The notes below the pieces were generated by a model, which was not told the DNA's origin, searched no databases, and was given only the letters and a program-made list of their open reading frames with translations. Positions 22,247 through 30,095 of a stretch of DNA of 64,000 nucleotides are shown here, in pieces; position 1 is the stretch's first letter, and each line of letters starts with the position of its first letter. Location: positions 800,001 to 864,000 of the forward strand of contig OZ241329.1 of NCBI GenBank assembly GCA_965199825.1. Reading direction: 5' to 3'. The stretch is from Bdellovibrionales bacterium (lineage in GTDB: Bacteria > Bdellovibrionota > Bdellovibrionia > Bdellovibrionales > UBA1609). Made by a program: the position numbers and the translations under genes.

Positions 22247-23068
22247 TTAAAATCCATACTTTTTGGCAATGGCTTGAGCTTGTTTGCGGCTCGCCTTTTC
22301 GCCAATCACAATGGCTTCGCGTCGTTTTTGGGTCTCGGCCAAATCAATACCTGGAGTGGCAATTAAAAATGCTTCGTCAAACATATTAGCTTTAAGAAGT
22401 TGCCCTTTAATTTGCGAATACGCTTCAATCCCTTGGGCTGGAGTTTTTAAAACATCAATGTAAATCAAAATATCAAAGTTTTGTGAACGAAGGTTTTGTA
22501 CAAGATCGGCAACAAAAGTCAGAGGTGGAGGTGCGGTCATTGTGTCGACACATTTTTTGAGAGTCTCAGAAAATTCACCCCGATCTTGGAGCGAAAAATC
22601 TTTGAGATCAGCACAAAAAAATCGCACAGGGGATTGCTCGATCGATCGACCTTTTAAATTGTCTTGATAAAAATGGATCAGCGGATCTTTAGGTTTTGAA
22701 AAAAACGAATGCGAGCTCTCTTTGTTTTCGAGTTTATAAAGCTTCCATTCTGCATCATGAATTTGACCATTTTGAGCATACAGTGCTGCAACCAAACTGC
22801 CCCACTCGATTCCAACAACAGCTTCCACCGGCACGCGCGACCTTAAGAGTTCTTTTAAAACTCCAAGCTCGGCAAAGCTTCGAGCATGACCTGGACCAAA
22901 CACAACCGCAACATGATGAATGGGTTTTTCAACAATCACCGGCTTTGGAGCCTCGACCGGTTGCGGCTGCTCTTGGGGAAGCACAACACCATCTTCGGTT
23001 TTAATTTTAGGATGAGTGGCGCAACCCACCAAAAAAAGTAGCGTAAAGAAAAAATTCTTGGTTGCCAT
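22247..23068 (-). CDS. Patatin-like phospholipase-fold lipoprotein (degenerate motifs)
   Basis: Lipobox LVGC; VVFGPGHARSFAELGVL resembles the patatin glycine loop; GIEWG replaces GxSxG. Confidence 0.65.
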   Translation of the reverse strand: MATKNFFFTLLFLVGCATHPKIKTEDGVVLPQEQPQPVEAPKPVIVEKPIHHVAVVFGPGHARSFAELGVLKELLRSRVPVEAVVGIEWGSLVAALYAQNGQIHDAEWKLYKLENKESSHSFFSKPKDPLIHFYQDNLKGRSIEQSPVRFFCADLKDFSLQDRGEFSETLKKCVDTMTAPPPLTFVADLVQNLRSQNFDILIYIDVLKTPAQGIEAYSQIKGQLLKANMFDEAFLIATPGIDLAETQKRREAIVIGEKASRKQAQAIAKKYGF

Positions 23069-23768
23069 CTTGCCCCTTTATTCGACTGGGCACGTATCTC
23101 AAATTTGTAAATCCAAAGTCTTCAAATGCCCGCTCCATCTTAAACTTTAGGTTTTCATAAAGTCTATGGTCTTTTACGATTCCTTTTTTGTTTAAATCTT
23201 TTTTTGTGAGTTCAAATTGTGGTTTTACAAGAATCAAAATTTTTGAATCCCGTGTCAATAACCCTAAAAGATGCGGAACAACTTTAAGACACGAGGTAAA
23301 CGAAACATCACACACGATCAAATCAAAAGGTGCTTCATTTAAAATCTCAGAATGTGTAGACGCCTGTTGCGCCGAAAGATGATCAAAATACTTCAGAGAG
23401 TTTTTTAATTTTTTGTTCAGCTGAGAATGACCGACGTCAATTCCAACTCCAGCCCTTGCACCTTGTTGCAATAAGCAATCAGAAAATCCGCCGGTGGATA
23501 AGCCCACATCTAAAAATTTTAATCCCGTCACATCGATTTGCAAATCCTGAAGTGCTCCTTCGAGCTTTAATCCACCACGCGAAACATAGCGCAAACAGTT
23601 TTCACTGCTCAATCGGATTTGATTTGTATTGGTAAATTCACTGGGTTTTAAAGCCGTCTGCCATTTTTCTTTAAACACTTCGACCTGACCCAATCGAATC
23701 AGCTCTTGGGCTTTTGACCTTGAGGGTGCGAGTTCGAGCTCAACCAATTTTTGATCAAGCCGACTCAC
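23007..23768 (-). CDS. tlyA: TlyA family rRNA methyltransferase
   Basis: S4 domain RLDQKLV..SRSKAQ, YVSRGGLKLEGAL, DVGLSTGGFSDCLLQ, DVSF, LVKPQFE, GQDGNQEF. Confidence 0.93.
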   Translation of the reverse strand: MSRLDQKLVELELAPSRSKAQELIRLGQVEVFKEKWQTALKPSEFTNTNQIRLSSENCLRYVSRGGLKLEGALQDLQIDVTGLKFLDVGLSTGGFSDCLLQQGARAGVGIDVGHSQLNKKLKNSLKYFDHLSAQQASTHSEILNEAPFDLIVCDVSFTSCLKVVPHLLGLLTRDSKILILVKPQFELTKKDLNKKGIVKDHRLYENLKFKMERAFEDFGFTNLRYVPSRIKGQDGNQEFFLYATFFGGLRHSS

Positions 23769-24646
23769 GACTCGCGGCTTTGATTAAATTCAATTAAAAA
23801 ATGAAGATCTTCAGGCTCGGCAAATTCGCTGGTCAGCTCAATCGATTTTTTTGAGAGCTCTTGCAACAATTGAACAGCACCTTCGCGGCTTAATACATTG
23901 ATGTAGTTTACGGGCTCAGGACTTTCAGATTTAAAATCGAGCAAATCATCTTTAAGTTGAAATGCAAAACCAAGTGTAATCCCAAGCTCTCGCGCGGCTT
24001 CGCGCGTAGAAATTGAAGCTTGTGCAACAACTGCCGCACCTTCACAGGCGGCACGAATCAATGCTCCCGTTTTCATTTCGTGTAGTGTCTGAACGAACGC
24101 GGCACCATGTAGTTTGGTCGGAGAAATATCAAGCGCTTGTCCGCCCACCATCCCGCGCACACCGGCGGCTTCAGACAAAATTTTAATCAGTTCAACTGCA
24201 GTTTCTGGAGGATAGTGTCGTGCGAGTGCCCCAAAGGCTTCGGTCAATAGAGCATCACCCGCAAGAAGAGCCATCGCCTCGCCATACACTTTGTGATTGG
24301 TGGGTTTACCTCTACGAACGTCATCATTGTCCATGCAGGGAAGATCATCGTGAATCAAAGAATAGGCATGGATAAATTCAAGCACGCCTGCCCAAGTCAT
24401 CACATCAAGCACTGATCCATTGAGACATTGGGTCACGATGCATGTGAGCAGCGGACGAAATCGTTTTCCACCCGACAGCAACGAATAGCGCAACGATTCA
24501 ATCAGTTGCTCTTGGCCCGGCCCTTCGGGCAACCACTCCGAAGACATTCGATCCAGAGTGTGCTCGATGGTTTTTAAGAGAGGGTAAAATCGCTCTTCGA
24601 TGGGATTACTCTTGGATAACAAAGGTTTCTGTAACGAGAGTTCCAT
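23765..24646 (-). CDS. ispA: Farnesyl/geranyl diphosphate synthase
   Basis: GGKRFRP, SLIHDDLPCMDNDDVRRGKPT, GQALD, KTGAL, FQLKDDLLD; xseB-ispA-tlyA synteny. Confidence 0.93.
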   Translation of the reverse strand: MELSLQKPLLSKSNPIEERFYPLLKTIEHTLDRMSSEWLPEGPGQEQLIESLRYSLLSGGKRFRPLLTCIVTQCLNGSVLDVMTWAGVLEFIHAYSLIHDDLPCMDNDDVRRGKPTNHKVYGEAMALLAGDALLTEAFGALARHYPPETAVELIKILSEAAGVRGMVGGQALDISPTKLHGAAFVQTLHEMKTGALIRAACEGAAVVAQASISTREAARELGITLGFAFQLKDDLLDFKSESPEPVNYINVLSREGAVQLLQELSKKSIELTSEFAEPEDLHFLIEFNQSRES

Positions 24647-24827
24647 CAGCCTCCACTTTTAATAATGTCTGAACCTTTTGTTCGACTTCGCCGAGTTGCA
24701 CGTGGCATTCCCGCGACAACCGCACACCTTCTTCAAAAGTTTTGAGCGAATCCTCAAGACTGAGCTCACCCTTTTCCATAGTGCGCACAATTTCTTCGAG
24801 ACGGTTTAATTTTTTTTCGAAATCCAT
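24606..24827 (-). CDS. xseB: Exodeoxyribonuclease VII small subunit
   Basis: FEKKLNRLEEIV..ME.GELSLEDSL..FEEGV.L. Confidence 0.93.
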   Translation of the reverse strand: MDFEKKLNRLEEIVRTMEKGELSLEDSLKTFEEGVRLSRECHVQLGEVEQKVQTLLKVEADGTLVTETFVIQE

Positions 24828-26185
24828 TATTTTACTCCTGCTTGAAATTCTCCGTCAGCCACACGGATCGTGATCACATCACCAGATGAAACATCATTTT
24901 TTGAACGAACAATTTTATTTTCTTTTGCAACGATCGCATAGCCTCGATCCACAACCTTGAGTGGACTTAAAACATCGAGCACTTGAGCCGAAGTCCCAAT
25001 GCGATTTTTTTGACTCTTAATTAAAGCAACTAACGCACCCTCGAGTTGGCTCCGAAAAAACCGCAAACGTTCCGATTTTAATTTTACAACTTCGCGCGGC
25101 GAAACAAAACGCGAATTGAGCATGGTCACTCGCAGGCGATCATCACTGATTGATCGCTGTATCGCATTTTCGAGTCGGCTTTTGAGCTCATCAAGACGAA
25201 GCATCGTGTCTTGCAATCGCCGCCGTGGATCGACCAGCTGCCGAGTCAAATGATCAAGACGTTGCCGACGTATTTTTAACCAATGGGCTTTAAGATTGCG
25301 ACATCGTGCAAGCAGTTGGCGAAGTGTGTTTGTCAATTCACTCGCACTTTTGACCACGAGCTCGGCGGCGGCCGAAGGTGTGGGCGCTCGTAGGTCGGCA
25401 ACAAAATCGGCAATAGTAAAATCAATCTCATGACCAACCGCCGAAATTGTGGGAACGCGCGAAGCTGCGATGGCTCGAGCAACCGGCTCGGTGTTAAACG
25501 CCCACATATCTTCAATGCTGCCGCCACCTCGACCGATAATCATCGCGTCGATGTCGTTGATCCGTTGGGCCAGCTCAATCGCTTTAACAATCGATTTTGT
25601 GGCTTGCTCACCTTGTACGACAGTGGGGATCACAGTAATTTTAAGCCCACGAAATCGGCGATGAAGAACATTTAAAATATCACGAATCGCCGCACCTGTT
25701 GGCGAAGTGACCACCGCAATATGCTTTGGGTGTGCCGGAAGCGGCCGTTTTCGCGATCGATCAAACAGACCTTCAAGCGACAGTTTTTTCTTGAGTTGTT
25801 CAAAAGCAAGCTGCAAAGCCCCTGCACCGACAGGCTCCATCGCTTCACAAAAAACTTGGTAGTTCCCGCGCGGTTCATACACCGTGATTTTACCGCGCAC
25901 CAAAACTTCCATTCCATCAGCAGGACGGAATTTTAACTTTTGGTTGTTGGCTTTGAACATGATCGCATTGATTTGGGATTTTTGATCTTTTAAACTAAAA
26001 TAGTAGTGGCCAGAAGAATGCGGTTTAAAGTTTGAGATCTCACCTTTAATCCAGATTAAATTAAATTTGTTTTCTAAGGTCTGACGGATCAGCTTGTTTA
26101 AATCAGATACAGAAAAAACCTGTGGCTGTTCGTCTTTAGGGATTGTGTTGTCGATTGTATTAAAATCGAGCTCGATTTGCTCCAT
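24827..26185 (-). CDS. xseA: Exodeoxyribonuclease VII large subunit
   Basis: GEISNF, SGHYYFSLKD, VTSPTGAAIRD, GRGGGSIED, AVGHEIDFTIADFVAD.RAPTPSAAAE. Confidence 0.96.
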   Translation of the reverse strand: MEQIELDFNTIDNTIPKDEQPQVFSVSDLNKLIRQTLENKFNLIWIKGEISNFKPHSSGHYYFSLKDQKSQINAIMFKANNQKLKFRPADGMEVLVRGKITVYEPRGNYQVFCEAMEPVGAGALQLAFEQLKKKLSLEGLFDRSRKRPLPAHPKHIAVVTSPTGAAIRDILNVLHRRFRGLKITVIPTVVQGEQATKSIVKAIELAQRINDIDAMIIGRGGGSIEDMWAFNTEPVARAIAASRVPTISAVGHEIDFTIADFVADLRAPTPSAAAELVVKSASELTNTLRQLLARCRNLKAHWLKIRRQRLDHLTRQLVDPRRRLQDTMLRLDELKSRLENAIQRSISDDRLRVTMLNSRFVSPREVVKLKSERLRFFRSQLEGALVALIKSQKNRIGTSAQVLDVLSPLKVVDRGYAIVAKENKIVRSKNDVSSGDVITIRVADGEFQAGVK

Positions 26186-26215
26186 GAAGGCGCAAGGATA
26201 AAATGATGTGGTAGC

Positions 26216-26431
26216 TCAGTCAATAAGCAGATTTTGCAGAGACCAGAGGCTTCCTACGATGAGACAGACGAACCCAAGGTGACGGTGCCCTTGAATTTGT
26301 TTTACAATCGCTTGTGGGAGCCGCTCTTCGGCTGCCTCGATCAGTTTTGGCATGTTCAACACGATTGTCATTACCGCGCCGTAACCAAAGACAAAAAATG
26401 GAAAAATCAAGTCGATTTCTTTGTACGTCAT
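26216..26431 (-). CDS. Small membrane hypothetical protein
   Basis: 71 aa with two hydrophobic helices; co-oriented upstream of xseA. Confidence 0.65.
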   Translation of the reverse strand: MTYKEIDLIFPFFVFGYGAVMTIVLNMPKLIEAAEERLPQAIVKQIQGHRHLGFVCLIVGSLWSLQNLLID

Positions 26432-26749
26432 ACTTTCGTTATCGGTTGAGGCGGATCAAAATGTTACAGGACCTTCAGACATATTTTCTTACGGCATAAC
26501 AATTGATCACTAGCTGTTGGGGTTGGGATTTGCTAAAGTGGAATCTGTTCTTGTGGACTGAAGACAACGTAAATCCTATAAAGAATATTTATGGGGCCTG
26601 TCCCTGGGGATGGTGTGCATGCTCAACTTCGCATTGAGAAGCCTAAAGTTCCTATTATGGGCACCCACTTTAAAAAACATGGGTTTTGCGGATCGATCAG
26701 TTCCACAAGAATTTTTTTTTGCCCTTGGGTGGTTTTCGTTTGTTGGGTT

Positions 26750-27264
26750 TCGTGCCCGCTTTTTTTTGGGCGGTTGAGTTTGTCGTGCCCACATCTTTAT
26801 TTGATTGGCCGAAAAAATCTTTGTTTTTAAAAAGTTTGGTGTTTGTGGAACCATTTCCTTTTTTTGCCTGGCGTGGATTTGAAGCTAAAAATTTTGTCGT
26901 GCCCCCTTTGTGTTTCGGTTGGGCCGAAGTTTTTCGTGACCGTCTTTAGATTCATTAGAGCGAATTTTTTTGTTGTGCCCATTCCTTTAAATCAAATGGA
27001 ATCTTTGTTTTTAGAAGTTTGGTATTTTGTAGGATCATTTAATTGTCATGTTCGGATTTTGTTGGTGGCCGAAGTCTGTCGTGCCCGCCTTGAGATTGTT
27101 TTTTTGTCGTGCCCGCTTCTTAAAATCATAAGGAATTTTTTGTTCTTAGAAGTTTGGTGATTTATAGGAGACTTTACTTTTCTTACCCAGCGCAGATTTA
27201 AACCTAAAGAATTTTGTCGTGCCCATCTTTAGATTCATGAGACCGAATTTTTTGTCGTGCCCGC
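26750..27264 (+). repeat. HNH-2 leader: TTTTGTCGTGCCC(GC) repeat field with higher-order 134-184 bp units
   Basis: Exact TCGTGCCC at 26750, 26783, 26897, 27079, 27107, 27217 and 27255; one-mismatch copies at 26934 and 26973. An AATCTTTGTTTTTAGAAGTTTGGT-like block recurs at 26816, 27000 and 27134. Confidence 0.9.
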
Positions 27265-27473
27265 ACAAATTTTCTTGACGGGATTTTGTTATTGCTTAAA
27301 TGGCCCTGGCTTCTATTTTCAAGCCAAATACCCTTTTTCTGCTCCAAATCATCTCGCAGACATCACCAAGCTCAACAAAGACGCCAACAAATGAACCTGT
27401 GATTCACATCCGACAAGCTGTAAAAATGAAAGATTAGAAACCCGTGGTAATCTCCTCTAAATAGGAGATATTT

Positions 27474-28316
27474 ATGGATCATTCAAAAATTCATCTCAAT
27501 GCGTTGACCGCTGCTGATGCTCATCGCAAAACCGAAATGGAATTGCTCAATGCTTTAGAGCTTGTTTGGAAAAACAAAACCTTTTCGCAATATGGTTGCC
27601 GATCGTTGTTTGAATATTCAACCAAACACCTCAAATTATCCGAAGAGATGGCAAGTATTGTAAACAAAATTGCAAAAAAATTTACTGAACTTCCTGAACT
27701 TAAAGCAGGCATGGAGTCTGGTGAACTTTCACTCTCAAAAGCGAATCGAATCACTGCGGTTGTCACAAAAGAAAATGTGGATCACTGGATGAATTTGGCC
27801 AAGGGCACCAAACGCAATCTCGAAAAACAAATTTCCATGGTCCAACCCGAGAAAGCAATTCCGGAGCGGGCACGACATCAAAAAGCGGGCGACACTTTAC
27901 GAGTCGCGATTTCTTATTCGATGACTCAAGAGGAATTTGCAATGTTTGAACGGACACAAGATCTTTTGAGCCAAAAATTAAAGCGACCGGCCTCGATCGG
28001 TGATGTTCATCTTGCAGCTCTTAAAGAGCTCCAGCAAAAGCTCGACCCGTTAGAAAAACCGATTCGCCAAAAATCAGCGGGCACGACAAAATTGACCATC
28101 GCACTAAAGCGAAAAATCCATCACAACCTGAAAAGTCAGTGCAGTCATATTGATCAATCCGGCGAGCGTTGCCCCGCGCGACGCCACCTTGATGTTCATC
28201 ACATCATTCCTAAATCGCAAGGCGGATCAGATAACGAAGAAAACCTGACCCTTTTATGTTCAGGACATCATCGTGCTCACCATCGAAAGGCTAGGAACTC
28301 CCAAAAAGCGTTTTGA
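27474..28316 (+). CDS. HNH endonuclease (paralog 2, full length)
   Basis: C-terminal CSHIDQSGERCPARRHLDVHHIIPKSQGGSDNEENLTLLCSGHHRAHH; RBS AAATAGGAG; homologous to the ORFs at 4218 and 40598. Confidence 0.9.
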   Translation: MDHSKIHLNALTAADAHRKTEMELLNALELVWKNKTFSQYGCRSLFEYSTKHLKLSEEMASIVNKIAKKFTELPELKAGMESGELSLSKANRITAVVTKENVDHWMNLAKGTKRNLEKQISMVQPEKAIPERARHQKAGDTLRVAISYSMTQEEFAMFERTQDLLSQKLKRPASIGDVHLAALKELQQKLDPLEKPIRQKSAGTTKLTIALKRKIHHNLKSQCSHIDQSGERCPARRHLDVHHIIPKSQGGSDNEENLTLLCSGHHRAHHRKARNSQKAF

Positions 28317-28355
28317 GTCGCTGCGCCAACCTGCGACACTAAATGAAAGAGGTGG

Positions 28356-30053
28356 ATGTTGATGATTTCTCGTTTTTGTTTGGTCTTGATGCTGATCGCT
28401 AGCAATGTAACGCAAGCTGCAAATACAACTCCGCCACCAGCACCTGCTGCGCCCTACTCACCCTTCAATCCCAACGACAGAGCTGCACAATGTTCCTCGG
28501 CAAAGAATGCAATGCAAACAGCGGGCTCCACTTTTAGCACGGCATGTGGAAAAGCGAAGATGAGCAACAAAAATAAAGATTTTGAATATTGCTCTGCGGA
28601 TATTTTAAAATGTCGCTCTTGCGTTGATGGCTCAGATAGCACTTCGATTCCGCCGGGGATAACATGCAACGATGTTAAGTCGTCGTCTAAAGATTCTGAT
28701 TCGTCAGCCAAAGATTCTGCAAGTAAATCAGAATACATCAAGGTCACACCTGATGCCGAATCTACAAAAGGCGAATTTGCAAACTGTCCAAGTCTGGCCG
28801 GCGAAGATATGAAAAATTATATTCAAGAAGTCCGAGAGAGTCAGACAAAAGTGCATGAGCTTACAGATAAAGTTTCTAAAGCCCAAGAGGAACAGCAGGC
28901 GCTCAAAGACGATCTTAATGTTAAAATTGAAGAAATCGAAACGAGTGCTCAAGAAAAAAGTCAGGCCGCCCAAGATGCAGTTCAAAAATATAAAGAAGAG
29001 CTTGTGGATGCTCAAACCCAGATGCTCGACGACATTCAAAAATTGAATGTTCAAGTTACAGAAATAGTTGCCAAAGAGGGCCAGGTCCGTATTCAAAAAG
29101 ATGCCAACCAAGAAAAATATAATGAAATGGTCACAACCGAACAGCTTAAATGTCATGGAACAGCTCTGACAAAAGTTGATGCACTTAGAAATTCACGCTT
29201 GGCCGCACAAGATGCAGGGACTTATACCGCAGGGAATTTCAATAATCTTTTGCAAGGCGTGGGGCTTGATACAAGATCTAAATCTCAATTGCTTGCCCAA
29301 CAATATTATCTTTGGTGCTTACAAGATCAAAGTTATCGTGCCCAAATTTCTACAGGCCTTGAGCAAAAAAGAATTTCGGATAAGTCTGCGGATGCCCAAA
29401 TCGTTGCTTATGATAATCAAATTAAGGGAATCAATGCCCAGATCACTACAATTCAAACAACGAAGTTAGATACCGCAAATCAAAAAGTTTCGGCTCAAAT
29501 TCAGAGAACCCAATCAAAACTCACCACAGATTTACAAACTCTTCAGAAAAAAGAATCGAATATCCGACAAACTAATGCCACTAAAGCCGCAGCAAAAGAT
29601 CGAGAGATCGCAAACTTAAATCAACAACTCGCTGAAGAAAAAGATTATCTTAAGCAGAAACAAGACTATCTTGCTCTTAAAAATAAGTACGGTGCCGGTG
29701 CGATGAGCGATGCCAATGCTTACAGTGATGCAAGCGCAGCGATGGACAGTTATGTTGGAGCGGTACGAACCTACTATAGCAGCTGTTGTAACGATATTAA
29801 ACAAGATCCTACATGTGACCAAAAATCTAATTTTGTTTGCGGAAAAGTAGATCAGACTGCGGATTGCCTCGGTAAGCCAGGGAACCAAAGTCTTTATGAT
29901 TCAACTACCACCCCACCAGCAACAACTGCACCGACAACTCCTGCAGCAGCCCCCGCAAACGACGCACCCGCAACCACCCCCGCCAGCGCAAGACCACACG
30001 GCAGACAAAACGGCGGCCGACGGCCTTCCTCAAGCTCCGACTCCGTCCAATAA
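28356..30053 (+). CDS. Secreted Cys-containing coiled-coil hypothetical protein
   Basis: Signal peptide, Cys-rich N- and C-terminal caps, long Q/K/E coiled coil, P/T/A-rich tail. Confidence 0.75.
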   Translation: MLMISRFCLVLMLIASNVTQAANTTPPPAPAAPYSPFNPNDRAAQCSSAKNAMQTAGSTFSTACGKAKMSNKNKDFEYCSADILKCRSCVDGSDSTSIPPGITCNDVKSSSKDSDSSAKDSASKSEYIKVTPDAESTKGEFANCPSLAGEDMKNYIQEVRESQTKVHELTDKVSKAQEEQQALKDDLNVKIEEIETSAQEKSQAAQDAVQKYKEELVDAQTQMLDDIQKLNVQVTEIVAKEGQVRIQKDANQEKYNEMVTTEQLKCHGTALTKVDALRNSRLAAQDAGTYTAGNFNNLLQGVGLDTRSKSQLLAQQYYLWCLQDQSYRAQISTGLEQKRISDKSADAQIVAYDNQIKGINAQITTIQTTKLDTANQKVSAQIQRTQSKLTTDLQTLQKKESNIRQTNATKAAAKDREIANLNQQLAEEKDYLKQKQDYLALKNKYGAGAMSDANAYSDASAAMDSYVGAVRTYYSSCCNDIKQDPTCDQKSNFVCGKVDQTADCLGKPGNQSLYDSTTTPPATTAPTTPAAAPANDAPATTPASARPHGRQNGGRRPSSSSDSVQ

Positions 30054-30095
30054 ACCCAATTTGCATTCTCAAAAGTTAGACGCTACCTTTTGAGA

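Noticed and set aside
26576..27160. Short Phe/Val-rich ORFs in the HNH-2 leader
   Set aside because: They arise from T-rich repeat sequence, overlap each other in several frames, and show no RBS or protein motif.
27474..28316. IscB/Cas9-like or group II intron-associated HNH
   Set aside because: Only ~280 aa, with no recognisable RuvC motifs, PLMP N-terminus or reverse transcriptase.
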